Part shown: in pieces, positions 1-11,008 of the stretch
Position numbering within the stretch: the stretch's first letter is position 1
How the letters are laid out: every line of letters begins with the position of its first letter
DNA from: Nitrospinales bacterium
Lineage (GTDB): Bacteria; Nitrospinota; Nitrospinia; Nitrospinales; VA-1
Assembly (NCBI GenBank): GCA_965223795.1
Contig: CBDCXL010000002.1
Span: forward strand, 1,888,001 to 1,952,000
Length of the DNA stretch: 64,000 bases
Direction of reading: 5' to 3'
Notes under the pieces: generated by a model
Databases searched by the model: none
What the model saw: only the letters and a program-made list of their open reading frames with translations
What the model was told of the DNA's origin: nothing
Made by a program: the position numbers and the translations under genes

Positions 1-121
1 AAAAGCCGCAAAGCCCAAAAAGGCGGCGTCCAAAAAAGCGGAAACGAAAGAAACCCAAAAAGCGGACGCAAAACCGAAAAAAGCCGCCGCCCCGAAAAAA
101 GCGGACAAAGAAGAGAAATAG
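1..121 (+). CDS. 3' end of a gene entering from the left; Lys/Ala-rich low-complexity tail (KAAKPKKAASKKAETKETQKADAKPKKAAAPKKADKEEK*), typical of ribosomal-protein or histone-like tails
   Basis: Manual translation from position 2; TAG at 119-121. Identity cannot be determined from the tail alone. Confidence 0.7.
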   Translation, partial: KAAKPKKAASKKAETKETQKADAKPKKAAAPKKADKEEK

Positions 122-467
122 CTCTTCAGGTTTTTACTCCCGCAACATCCTTCCTGTAATTTTTACTTGTGAGCCGGCACCCTTTCCGGCTTGCGCGATA
201 CGTTTGAATCCCGCCTGCGGCACCACTCCTCCGCAGAGGGCGAATTTGTTCACGCCGGGCAAGGTTCGTTCGGTTCGAACTGCTTCTGTAATGCCGTAGC
301 CTTTCTTAATCTCCCTGAAAGTAGATGTATGCGCGAATTCCGTCACCGAGTGCGGGACCGCAGCGAGGCCAAACGCGGCGCATGCCGTGCGGGTGGGTGC
401 GGAGTTCTGTTTCCGGTTGGGGACAGGCTTTCCCGGCGGGCCGAAACGTGCTGTAAAAATGGATATT

Positions 468-887
468 TCAACAGTGCACGATGTTCGCCGGGGCGCCGGT
501 GGGTTCCTGTGTGAACCGGTAGCTGGTGTTTTCCTTGATCCAGGCAAGAAGCTCGTCGTAGCTTTTGAAATGTTCGGTGAATCCGTAATCCTCGCCCGTG
601 TATTCGCAGTTTTCGGTGCTGTGTTCGCGGCACATGTAAGGCCGGTGCTCGTAAATGGCGCATTTGTTGTCGGCCATCAGAAAATTGCAGCGGGTGTGGA
701 TCATGATGTACCAGCTTTTCCGGTAAATATAGATAGAAACTTTCTCATGCGCGATTTTCCAGAGCAGGCTTTCGTAGTCTCTGCGGGTCTCCGGTTCGTC
801 GAGTTCGAAGGCAAAGTAGTTGCAGCAATAGGCAGGCAGGCATTTTTCGCACTGGCTGGTGTTGTCCCGTTTGCTTTTTGTGGTCAT
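468..887 (-). CDS. YkgJ-family cysteine-cluster (CxxCxxCC) putative Zn/Fe-chelating protein
   Basis: CEKCLPAYCC ... RCNFL ... CAIYEHRPYMCR motifs; start taken at MTTKSK (ATG 887). Confidence 0.8.
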   Translation of the reverse strand: MTTKSKRDNTSQCEKCLPAYCCNYFAFELDEPETRRDYESLLWKIAHEKVSIYIYRKSWYIMIHTRCNFLMADNKCAIYEHRPYMCREHSTENCEYTGEDYGFTEHFKSYDELLAWIKENTSYRFTQEPTGAPANIVHC

Positions 888-1359
888 GGAGGGTTCCTTA
901 TCGGTTGGAAACGCTGCGTTCCCGTGAATTTCCAAACATTCGAGAGCCGGCCCCGCGCGGGATGAGAGAGAACGGTTTCGTTTCGACTGATTTGAAAAAA
1001 AGCAACGGCGTTTTCGGTGACACGCCGCATTATCATAAAAACACCGTCAATGCGTTATTCTGCCTTCATGGATTCATGAAGTCAATCGCGGGACCCAATT
1101 TTTCAGGCTGCATGCCGATCTTTGTGCGAACCCGCCGCTTTGGTTCCGCTGCTCCGTGAAATGCCCCGGCCGCTTGAACGCCTGCGTCGCGTTGGAGTGG
1201 GGGCGTTTTTCTATGTTTCCAAACAGAGCCGAGCACGCCCTGTTTTCTTTTGAGCGGCGGCGATCCGGCTGCTTATTTTCGCCCTTCCGATACCTCGAAA
1301 ACCACCGGAATTCCGGTCCTTTTGGCGTTTCCGCCGGGGCTGGCCCGGCCTGGGCGCGC

Positions 1360-1396
1360 TTGACTTTCCGGGTGGGTGGATTAAAATAAGTATAAT
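1360..1396 (+). promoter_or_regulatory. Candidate sigma70 promoter for the 1.4-6.7 kb operon
   Basis: TTGACT (1360-1365), 16 nt, TAAAAT (1382-1387); an additional TATAAT at 1391-1396. Confidence 0.4.
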
Positions 1397-1410
1397 AAAA
1401 ACAATAGGAT

Positions 1411-1626
1411 TTGGCGATGAGACGGATCGTTTTCGCAGCGATGATATGGGTATTTTACCCTGGAGTGGCCCAGGCTTACGTCGATCCCGGATTTTTGGGA
1501 TCGCTGTATCAGATGATCTATATGTTCATCTTCGGCGTTGCGGCGGCCTGGGTGCTGAAACCCTTTCGATACATTTCCGCGCTTTACAAAAGAATGAAGG
1601 ACCGGTTGACGGAAAAAAACTCCTGA
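1411..1626 (+). CDS. Small membrane protein with signal-like N-terminus and A-Y-V-D-P-G motif
   Basis: 71 aa; AQAYVDPG followed by a hydrophobic segment and a basic tail; first gene of a co-directional cluster. Confidence 0.7.
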   Translation: MAMRRIVFAAMIWVFYPGVAQAYVDPGFLGSLYQMIYMFIFGVAAAWVLKPFRYISALYKRMKDRLTEKNS

Positions 1627-1642
1627 ACCCCCGACACCTATC

Positions 1643-3043
1643 TTGGAACTGCCACTTTCCGACATTCAAACGCACGATTCATCCTACGTGGACCCGAACG
1701 GATTCGTGTTTCTGTACGAAGACAAAATCTACAGGGGCATTCACCGGGGGAACGCGGATTTTTACCGCTCCCTGTTCGAGAAGGGAACGGTCCGCGATCT
1801 GGTGCGGCGCCACGCACTCGTGGATTCGGAGCCGACGGACTATTCGGTGCCGGAGGCGGACTGCCCGTTTGTCGTCGCGCACCGGAAAATCGAACCGCTC
1901 ACCTATTGCGTGGAATGGACCCCTTCCATGCTCAAAGACGCGGCGGTCTCGCTTCTGGAGTTGAACCTGGCGCTGCTGGACAACGGGGGTCTCCTGCAAG
2001 ATGCGTATCCCTGGAACATTCTGTTCGAGGCCACGCGGCCGGTGCACGTGGATTTCACTTCGATCGTGCCGGTCAACGGCCAGCGACTGTTGTGGCCGGC
2101 GTATCAGCAGTTTCTCAATTTTTTCATGCATCCGCTCAAGCTGGCGTCGATGGGCAAGGGCGGGCTGGCCCGTTATCTCCTGCAGGATTACATCCACGGC
2201 GTGTCTTTGGACGACGTGCACGCCAACATGAGCCTGCGCTACAAGCTGCGCCACCCTTTGAGTTTCTCGCTGAGCCAGGCGATGCTGTGGATGAACCGCA
2301 AGGCGCAGAAAGAAACACGCCTGAAAGTGGATCTGCAGAGCTCGCTGAAAAACGGCAACGGCATCCCCCCGGCAATGCGGGAGCGCTTTCTCACGGGTCT
2401 GCTCAGGAAAACCCAGGCGATTGCTTTGCCCGCACCGCGGGACAACTGGGTGGGCTACTACGACAGCTGCGAAGGCGCCGAGCAGGAGAAAAAGATCGGT
2501 GTGATCGACAACCTGCTGGATCGGATTCAGCCGAAAACGGTGCTGGACCTGGGGTGCAACCGCGGCCGCTTTTCTCTTTTGGCGGCGCAGAAGGGGGCGC
2601 GCGTCATCGCGATGGATGCCAGCGAGTCCTGCGTGGAAGCGCTGTACCGCACCGCCCGTGAGGGAGACTATCCCATCACGCCGGTGGTCGGCAACGCCCT
2701 CAACCCGACGCCCGCGTTCGGGTTCATGGCCCGGCAGTTTCCCTCGATGATCGCCCGTTTCCGCTCTGAAGTGGTGTTCTGCCTGGCGCTCATGCACCAT
2801 CTGCACATCAACGGCAGGCAGCCGCTGGACCGGATCGCGAAGCTTTTGGACGCGTTGTCCGAACGGGCGGTGATCTTTGAATACGTGGATCCCGCCGACG
2901 GCAACATCGGTCTTTTAGATCACGGTCGCACGATCGACTACAGCCTTGAATCGGTTTCGGCAGCGCTTTCGCGTTATTTCAAACTGAAGGTGTTCGATTC
3001 GGACCGCGAAACCCGGAAGATCCTGCTTTGCGAAAAAATCTGA
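1643..3043 (+). CDS. NoeA-like protein: N-terminal kinase-like region plus C-terminal class I SAM-dependent methyltransferase
   Basis: VLDLGCNRGRFS SAM motif I and CLALMHHL; N-terminal SYVDPNGFVF, LQDAYPWNILF and HVDFTS motifs. Confidence 0.75.
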   Translation: MELPLSDIQTHDSSYVDPNGFVFLYEDKIYRGIHRGNADFYRSLFEKGTVRDLVRRHALVDSEPTDYSVPEADCPFVVAHRKIEPLTYCVEWTPSMLKDAAVSLLELNLALLDNGGLLQDAYPWNILFEATRPVHVDFTSIVPVNGQRLLWPAYQQFLNFFMHPLKLASMGKGGLARYLLQDYIHGVSLDDVHANMSLRYKLRHPLSFSLSQAMLWMNRKAQKETRLKVDLQSSLKNGNGIPPAMRERFLTGLLRKTQAIALPAPRDNWVGYYDSCEGAEQEKKIGVIDNLLDRIQPKTVLDLGCNRGRFSLLAAQKGARVIAMDASESCVEALYRTAREGDYPITPVVGNALNPTPAFGFMARQFPSMIARFRSEVVFCLALMHHLHINGRQPLDRIAKLLDALSERAVIFEYVDPADGNIGLLDHGRTIDYSLESVSAALSRYFKLKVFDSDRETRKILLCEKI

Positions 3044-4938
3044 AATTCATCGATGCGGGCTGCCTGACCTACCTCCTTTGCCTGCTTGTGGTCGCGCTCT
3101 CGTTCGGCCTGTCCCAGGACCTGCTGTTTTTCAAAACTGATCCGGCCGCTCTCGTGCACTTTCTCGTGGCGTCGGGCTGGCTGCTCGCCCTGGTTCTCTT
3201 TGTGCCGGTCGCGCTGGTATTTTATTTCACCGGCAACGCGGTTCGGGAACGCTGCCTGAACGGGTTCTCGATTCTGGCGCTCGGCCTGATGCTGTTCGGC
3301 TTTTGCGTTCATTTTCTCGACACCAGCGAGCTGTTCCACTTCACGCTGAAGCAGATTCAGGAGAGCTGGCTTCCCTTCGATGCGTTTCCGGTTTATGGGA
3401 TCGCCATCGCGGCGCTGGGGCTTTTGTGCTTTGCGCTGGCGGTGTTTCTGGCGCGCGCGCCCGACATCCGTAAGCGCGTCGTTTCGTTGTCCTACGGCGT
3501 GACGGCATTGGGTGCGGTGTTGTTCCTGCTGTTCCCCGCACTGTCTTTTTTTTCGGCTTCCGCGGCGGACGGCAAGGAGTTGCGGCGCAACGCGATCCTG
3601 ATCGTTTTGGACGGGCTCAGCACCAAGTACCTGTCGCCCTACAACCCCAAAGAAAACACGCCTGAGTTTGACGCACTGGCCGCTTCCTCGGTGAAGTACA
3701 CCAATATCCGCACGAACTTCACGCACACGTCCGGATTTTTTTACACGCTCTATTCGGGGCAGAAACAATCCTGGGCCGATCCCAAAATAAAAAAACAGAC
3801 GGGGCTGCTCAAGATGCTTCAGGATGCGGGCGTCAACACGCGCTGGTTCACCTACCACAACAACGGCGTGCCGGACGTCCACAACTTCCCGTACAGGGGC
3901 CTGCGCTCGACGTTTCTGGTCAGCCGGTTCGCCTGGATGCCGCGTCTGTTGAACGTGGACTACAACGTGTTTGAGATGCGGGGCAACGGCGCGCGCGGCC
4001 GGGCGATGGGAGAGCGGGAGAAGTCGATCCACGGCTGGCTTTCCGGCATCAACGGCGATGGTTATCTGCATCCTTTGCGAAACTGGGTGATGGACGAGAT
4101 CGAGGCTCTGCGTGAGGACGCGCGGCCGTATTTCATGGTCGTGCACCTGCCGGTCAATGCGCTCACGCCGGCCGAAACCGCGCCCAGGACCTGGGAACTG
4201 GAAGAAGCGGATTTCGTTCCCGAACAACGGCTGCAAAGAGTGCGGCAGAAAATGATCCGCGATCAGGACTACACTTATCGAAAAGAAGACGCCTGGGCGG
4301 TGGAACGGCTGCGGGACAAATACCGGCAGTCGGTGCGCGCAGGAGGAAAAAGCCTGATGGAATTCATCCGTCAGTTCGAAGCGCGCGGCTGGGATGCCGA
4401 CACGCTGCTGATGGTCACCGCCGATCACGGAAAAATCCTGTCCGGTGGCAAGATCGAATACGGCTACCACAACGACGAAGAGGTGGCGCGCGTGCCGCTG
4501 TTTGTGAAATGGCAGGGGAAGGAAGGCATCGATTCCCGCCTGGGAGAGAGCATCGATCTGGTGCAGACCTTCCTCGACTTTTTCGGCATCGAAAAGAAAC
4601 TGTCTGCGGATGCCGTGTCCCTGTTGGCAGACGCAAAAAAAACACGCGCGACGACGCTCACCACCTGGTCGTTTAAACGCAAGGAATGGTTTCTCAATGT
4701 CTATGAGGGCGAACACCGGTACGTGTTCAACCTGTATCCGCACAACGCCTCGATGCGCAAGGAGTCCTTCCAGGGGCCGTTTCAGGCGGTGTCCGTCGCG
4801 GAGGGGAGGGATGCCCTCAAGGGCGCGGGTTTCGACATGGCGGCAATCTTAAAATCTTACGGGATTGAAGGCGACCCTAAAAGTGCGAACGATGTGTGGT
4901 CTTTAATGAGTCCGGAATCGAGCCATGACAGACATTGA
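3028..4938 (+). CDS. Membrane-anchored sulfatase-like (alkaline phosphatase superfamily) hydrolase/transferase
   Basis: About 5 N-terminal TM segments; NAILIVLDG, TADHG and RVPLFV motifs; Thr-rich NFTHTS where sulfatases have C/S-x-P-x-R. Confidence 0.75.
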   Translation: MRKNLKFIDAGCLTYLLCLLVVALSFGLSQDLLFFKTDPAALVHFLVASGWLLALVLFVPVALVFYFTGNAVRERCLNGFSILALGLMLFGFCVHFLDTSELFHFTLKQIQESWLPFDAFPVYGIAIAALGLLCFALAVFLARAPDIRKRVVSLSYGVTALGAVLFLLFPALSFFSASAADGKELRRNAILIVLDGLSTKYLSPYNPKENTPEFDALAASSVKYTNIRTNFTHTSGFFYTLYSGQKQSWADPKIKKQTGLLKMLQDAGVNTRWFTYHNNGVPDVHNFPYRGLRSTFLVSRFAWMPRLLNVDYNVFEMRGNGARGRAMGEREKSIHGWLSGINGDGYLHPLRNWVMDEIEALREDARPYFMVVHLPVNALTPAETAPRTWELEEADFVPEQRLQRVRQKMIRDQDYTYRKEDAWAVERLRDKYRQSVRAGGKSLMEFIRQFEARGWDADTLLMVTADHGKILSGGKIEYGYHNDEEVARVPLFVKWQGKEGIDSRLGESIDLVQTFLDFFGIEKKLSADAVSLLADAKKTRATTLTTWSFKRKEWFLNVYEGEHRYVFNLYPHNASMRKESFQGPFQAVSVAEGRDALKGAGFDMAAILKSYGIEGDPKSANDVWSLMSPESSHDRH

Positions 4939-6703
4939 ACGCAATCCCCTGAGCTTTTATCGTCTGCATGGTCCCTACTTTCTTATTTACCTTGCGCTCG
5001 CGTTTCTGCTCTATCTGCGTTCCCTGGGAAACGCATTTGTGTTCGACGATTCGCTGTACGTTCTTGAAAACCATCTGATCAAGCATCTCGACTTCGCCGC
5101 CGTCCGCGACATCTTCACCACGTTTTACAAATGGGATTACCTGCCGCTCACCCTGTTGTCCTTCGGCTTCGATTATTTTCTGTTCGGTCTCAATCCCGCG
5201 GGCTACCATGTGACCAACATCCTGCTGCATGGGTGCAATGTCTTTCTGATCCATTTGATCGTGTATGAGCTGAGCCGCTCGCGCTGGATGGCGCTGGGAA
5301 CGGCGCTGCTGTTCCTGGTGCATCCGGTGCACGTGGAAAGCGTGGCGTGGATCTCCGAAAGAAAAAACGTGCTTTCGCTTTTCTTTCTGTTCCTTTCGTT
5401 TTACAGCTATCTGAAACGAGAAGGCCGCGGGATTTCGCTGCTGTTTTTCATTCTGGCCTGCCTGAGCAAATCCTCTGTGGTGATCTTTCCGCTGCTGCTG
5501 GTTTTGTATCAGGTTTCCTACAGACAAAAGGCGTTTCTTTCGGGCGTGCTCCATGCTCTGCCTTATTTTCTGATCGCGGCGGCATTCACGGGGGTCACGC
5601 TGCTCAGCCATTCGATGCACGGAACGGTGCAGGCCCATCCCGAAAACAATCCGCTGTACACCTTGTTCAGCATGCTGGTGGTGTTCAAAGAGTATCTGAA
5701 AACACTCCTGTTCCCGATCCATCTGAACGTGTGGTATCCCAACCGCGTCCACACGACGCTGCTGCAGCCGGAAGTCCTGCTGTCGGGTCTTATCCTCGGC
5801 GTTTATCTGTTTGGCACGGCGATCGCCTACCGAAAGGACAAACGGGTGTTCTTCGGCCTGGCCTGGTTTGCGGTGTCGCTGCTGCCGGTGTCGCACATCG
5901 TTCCCTTTCCGCAGATGATGGCGGACCGTTTTCTCTACATCCCTTCGTTCGGCTTGTTTTTTGCGGCCTGTCTGGGCATCCGGTATTTGTGGGAGAGGCG
6001 GCAGGTAGTGCGCCGCGCTCTGCCGCTGGCGGCCGGGCTGATGCTCGTCAGTCTTGCGGCTCTCAGTCTCCACCGCATTCCTGTTTTTGCAAACGATCTC
6101 ACGTTGTGGCGGGACAGCGTCTCTAAAAACGAAAACAACACCTTCGCTCAGATGCATCTGGGGTTTTCCTATCTCGGGGCGGGACAAACCGGCCCGGCCC
6201 TGGATGCGCTCCGCCGTGCGGCGGCGATCGAACCGGACAACACGAAGGCGCTGCGGATCGTCGCGCTGATCCATGAGAAGAACGGGAATCACGGCAAAGC
6301 GGAAGCCGTTTACCGCGACCTGATCGCAAAAGCGCCGCAAAGCCCCGCCCATCCGACGTCGCTGGGCGTGCTCAAGGGCAATCATGGGAAACGGGAGGAA
6401 GCCTTTACCCTGTTCGACAAGGCGCTGTCCCTCGACCCGGATTTCGCGCTCGCCCATTTCAACCGCGCCGTATTTCGCTTTCAGGCGGGCCGGACGCGGC
6501 AGTCGCTAAACAGTTACCGCAAAGCCGCGGAGCTTGCGCCGTACAGCGCTCCGTTTCATTTCCAGTTGGGGATGTTTTACCGAAAAGTTGTGGGCGATGC
6601 CGATCTGGGCCGCCGGCATCTTGAAAAGAGCCTGCGTCTCAATCCCGATCAGCCCGATGCCGCGGCGATCCGCTCGCTGCTTGCGGGAGAACGTGTGCGC
6701 TGA
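4925..6703 (+). CDS. TMTC-like GT-C protein O-glycosyl (mannosyl) transferase with C-terminal TPRs
   Basis: FVFDD, GYHVTNILLH, HPVHVESVAWISERK and MADRFLYIPS motifs; multiple TM helices; TPR repeats. Confidence 0.85.
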   Translation: MTDIERNPLSFYRLHGPYFLIYLALAFLLYLRSLGNAFVFDDSLYVLENHLIKHLDFAAVRDIFTTFYKWDYLPLTLLSFGFDYFLFGLNPAGYHVTNILLHGCNVFLIHLIVYELSRSRWMALGTALLFLVHPVHVESVAWISERKNVLSLFFLFLSFYSYLKREGRGISLLFFILACLSKSSVVIFPLLLVLYQVSYRQKAFLSGVLHALPYFLIAAAFTGVTLLSHSMHGTVQAHPENNPLYTLFSMLVVFKEYLKTLLFPIHLNVWYPNRVHTTLLQPEVLLSGLILGVYLFGTAIAYRKDKRVFFGLAWFAVSLLPVSHIVPFPQMMADRFLYIPSFGLFFAACLGIRYLWERRQVVRRALPLAAGLMLVSLAALSLHRIPVFANDLTLWRDSVSKNENNTFAQMHLGFSYLGAGQTGPALDALRRAAAIEPDNTKALRIVALIHEKNGNHGKAEAVYRDLIAKAPQSPAHPTSLGVLKGNHGKREEAFTLFDKALSLDPDFALAHFNRAVFRFQAGRTRQSLNSYRKAAELAPYSAPFHFQLGMFYRKVVGDADLGRRHLEKSLRLNPDQPDAAAIRSLLAGERVR

Positions 6704-6721
6704 CCGGGACGGTTTGTGATT

Positions 6722-7690
6722 TCAGATGGTTTCCGTGGAGCGGAAAAAAGGCACGCGCTTATCGAAGCGGTGCAGGCCGGCGGATCTGGCCGCCGCGTGC
6801 GCCCGCTCCAGTTCCTGCGGGGAAGGACGGCGGTTGATCTCGGCGTATTTGTCCGGCCCCACTTTCCAGGCGGGACGATACTGGTCCATGATGTTGATGT
6901 AGGTATCGCGCGAAATCTGCTCGGCGAGAAAACGGCTTATGTGGCTGAAATCCGGAGAATCGGGCATGACCAGGTGCCGCACCAGCAGGCCCCGTTTGGC
7001 GAGTCCGTTCTCGTCGACGATGAGGTCTCCCACCTGCCGGTGCATCTCGCGGATGACCGTGCGGGCGGCGTCGGGATAATCCTTTGCCTTGAGGTATTTT
7101 TTCGCGCGTTCCGGCTCCCAGTACTTGAAATCGGGCATGTAGATGTCGATCACGCCCTCCATCATGCGCATGCTGTCCATCGAGTCGTAGGCGCCGGTGT
7201 TGTACACCAGCGGCAGCCTCAGTCCCATCTCGACCGCCAGCGGCAGGGCTTCGAGGATCTGCGGCACCACGTGCTCGGGGGTCACGAAATTGATGTTGTG
7301 GCAGCCTTTGTTCTGCAGTTCCATCATCATCATGGCCAGTTCTTCGGGACCGGTTTCCCGGCCTTCGCCGTCCTGGCTGATGTCGCAGTTCTGGCAGAAC
7401 ACGCATTTGAGGTTGCACATGGAGAAAAAAATGGTGCCGCTGCCGTGGATGCCGCGCAGGCAGTCCTCTTCGCCGAAATGCGGGAAGAAGCTGGAAACGA
7501 TGGCGTGCCGCCCGCTCTTGCACACGGCTTTTTCATCGGACAGGCGGTCCACTTCGCAGTCTCTGGGGCAGACCCGGCAGTCGTCCAGCTTGCGGACGGC
7601 CTGGCGGGAACGGCGGAACAGCTCGCCGGTCCGGTGCAGCCTGAGGTAGGCCGGTTCGAACTCGCCGGAATGGATGGTGAAAGGCGGCAT
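6722..7690 (-). CDS. Radical SAM protein, PflX-like
   Basis: CNLKCVFC motif, N-terminal CRVCPRDC, HFGEE, NINFVTP and LLVRHLVMP motifs. Confidence 0.85.
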   Translation of the reverse strand: MPPFTIHSGEFEPAYLRLHRTGELFRRSRQAVRKLDDCRVCPRDCEVDRLSDEKAVCKSGRHAIVSSFFPHFGEEDCLRGIHGSGTIFFSMCNLKCVFCQNCDISQDGEGRETGPEELAMMMMELQNKGCHNINFVTPEHVVPQILEALPLAVEMGLRLPLVYNTGAYDSMDSMRMMEGVIDIYMPDFKYWEPERAKKYLKAKDYPDAARTVIREMHRQVGDLIVDENGLAKRGLLVRHLVMPDSPDFSHISRFLAEQISRDTYINIMDQYRPAWKVGPDKYAEINRRPSPQELERAHAAARSAGLHRFDKRVPFFRSTETI

Positions 7691-7971
7691 GACGGGTCCT
7701 TGAAAACGGAATCTTCCGGGAAAATAACCCGCCCGTGGGAAAAGAGCAAGATCCGGTCAGGACTTTTTAGCGGCTTCTTATCCGAATCCCGAAGCGATGC
7801 GGGTCAACGGGACCGGGATTTTGCCGGTTTTCCCCAGGACGCCGGTGACGGAAACCCTTTTCTCCATCTTTCTATGGAGGCAGAATTATCCGAAACCGCG
7901 GGTTTTCGGGACGGCTTTTTTTTGAGTCTATACGGAGCAAAGCCCGGAAGGAAGCGGGAAAAAGAAAAAAG

Positions 7972-8000
7972 TTGACAAATAAAAATGAACTGGATACAGT
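7972..8000 (+). promoter_or_regulatory. sigma70 promoter of the rho operon
   Basis: TTGACA (7972-7977), 17 nt, TACAGT (7995-8000), about 200 nt upstream of the rho ATG. Confidence 0.65.
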
Positions 8001-8197
8001 GGGTATAGATCTCCAAAGCTCCCATTAAAACCCCGAATCCAGTCAAGCAAGCCAGCTTTTTCTACGCTCCTTTTGATAAAACATTTCTATTCAAAATTAA
8101 TCGACAATCCAAATAATTCGTTTTTGCCCTCAATCCGGAAAACCATCATAACCTCAGACAACACACAACCCAACCCACCTCAAAGAGACTAAGAATC

Positions 8198-9457
<1,260 letters not shown>

Positions 9458-9479
9458 TGCAAAGGAATGAGCGGAAATC

Positions 9480-9716
9480 ATGAAAGCTGAAATCCATCCT
9501 GAATATTATGAAACCACCGTCAGCTGCGCTTGCGGGCACCAGGTGAAGACCAGTGCCACCGTCAAGGACATGCACGTGGAAATCTGCTCCAACTGCCATC
9601 CGTTTTACACCGGCAAGCAGAAGCTCATCGACACCGCCGGGCGGATCGAGAAATTCAACCGCAAGTATTCGAAAAAGACCGCAAGCACCAATCAGGAAAC
9701 CCCCACTCCCCAGTAG
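9480..9716 (+). CDS. rpmE: 50S ribosomal protein L31 (zinc-binding form)
   Basis: IHPEY ... CACG ... [10 protein letters not shown] ... [10 protein letters not shown]. Confidence 0.98.
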   Translation: MKAEIHPEYYETTVSCACGHQVKTSATVKDMHVEICSNCHPFYTGKQKLIDTAGRIEKFNRKYSKKTASTNQETPTPQ

Positions 9717-9813
9717 CTTCCCTCCGGTGCGGGACGGAGGCCGCATCGTTTTCACTCTCCGCACGCAGCGCGTTTCCCTTTGACTCCCGCAGTCGCCTTC
9801 CCAGAGCGGACCC

Positions 9814-10914
9814 ATGTTTGAAAAACTCGAATCGATTGAAAAGCGTTACGATCACCTCAACGGGTTGTTGAGCGATCCGAACATCATCGCCCAGCAGTCG
9901 GAATACCAGAAGTACGCCCGCGAGCAGGCGGAGATCGCGCCGATCGTTCAGGAAGCGAAAGAGCTCAAGCGCATCATCCAGGAGCAGGAGGAAAACGAAC
10001 ACATCCTGGCCGAGGAAACGGACGCCGAGCTTCTGGAACTGGCAAAGGAAGAGCTGAACGGGCTCAAGGAGAAACGCGAAGAATCGGAAGACCGGCTCAA
10101 GCTGCTGTTGTTGCCCAAGGACCCCCGCGACAGCAAGAACGTCATCCTGGAAATCCGTGCGGGCACCGGCGGCGAGGAGGCGGCGCTGTTCTGCAATGAC
10201 CTGTTCCGCATGTACACCCGCTATGCAGAATCCAGACAGTGGCAATGCGAAATCCTCAATTCCAATACGACCGGCAAGGGCGGCTTCAAGGAAGTCATCG
10301 CCAGCATCAACGGCAAAGGTGTGTACAGCAAACTGAAATACGAAAGCGGCACGCATAGAGTGCAGCGGGTGCCGGAAACGGAGACCCAGGGCCGGGTGCA
10401 CACCTCCGCGGTGACCGTCGCCATTCTGCCGCAGGTCGAGGATGTGGATGTCCAGGTCAATCCCGCGGATCTCAAGATCGACGTGTTCCGCTCTTCGGGC
10501 CCCGGCGGCCAGAGCGTGAACACCACCGACTCCGCCGTGCGCATCACACATGTGCCTACAGGAGTGGTGGTCACCTGCCAGGATGAAAAGTCCCAGCATA
10601 AGAATAAAGAGAAAGCGATGAAAGTGCTGCGCGCCCGCCTGTACGACGAAGAACAGAGAAAGCAGCAGGCCGAGCTGGCGCGCGACCGCAAGCAGCAGGT
10701 GGGAAGCGGCGACCGCAGCGAACGCATCCGCACCTACAATTTCCCGCAAGAGCGCATCACCGACCACCGCATCGGGCTCACGCTGCACAAACTGACCCAG
10801 GTTCTGGAGGGGGAGCTCGATCCGATCCTCGAAGCGTTGACGTTGCATTTTCAAACCCAGGCGTTGCAGGAAAAACCGCAGTCTTCGGAACAGAACAACT
10901 CCGTGCCTGCATGA
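9814..10914 (+). CDS. prfA: Peptide chain release factor 1
   Basis: GPGGQ motif, PxT (PET) tripeptide, RIRTYNFPQ. Confidence 0.98.
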   Translation: MFEKLESIEKRYDHLNGLLSDPNIIAQQSEYQKYAREQAEIAPIVQEAKELKRIIQEQEENEHILAEETDAELLELAKEELNGLKEKREESEDRLKLLLLPKDPRDSKNVILEIRAGTGGEEAALFCNDLFRMYTRYAESRQWQCEILNSNTTGKGGFKEVIASINGKGVYSKLKYESGTHRVQRVPETETQGRVHTSAVTVAILPQVEDVDVQVNPADLKIDVFRSSGPGGQSVNTTDSAVRITHVPTGVVVTCQDEKSQHKNKEKAMKVLRARLYDEEQRKQQAELARDRKQQVGSGDRSERIRTYNFPQERITDHRIGLTLHKLTQVLEGELDPILEALTLHFQTQALQEKPQSSEQNNSVPA

Positions 10915-11008
10915 TGAGCGGGAACAACGGTTTTGATTTGAAAACAGCATTTCCTTTTGTGACGGAAGGATTTTTCTTGTGCAGGCTGTTTTATCTCGAG
11001 ACAATGCA

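Noticed and set aside
122..467. Possible tRNA or ncRNA (GGTTCGAAC at about 272) in the first intergenic region
   Set aside because: No cloverleaf or other recognisable RNA family could be built by eye
3028..4938. True formylglycine-dependent sulfatase
   Set aside because: No C/S-x-P-x-R motif
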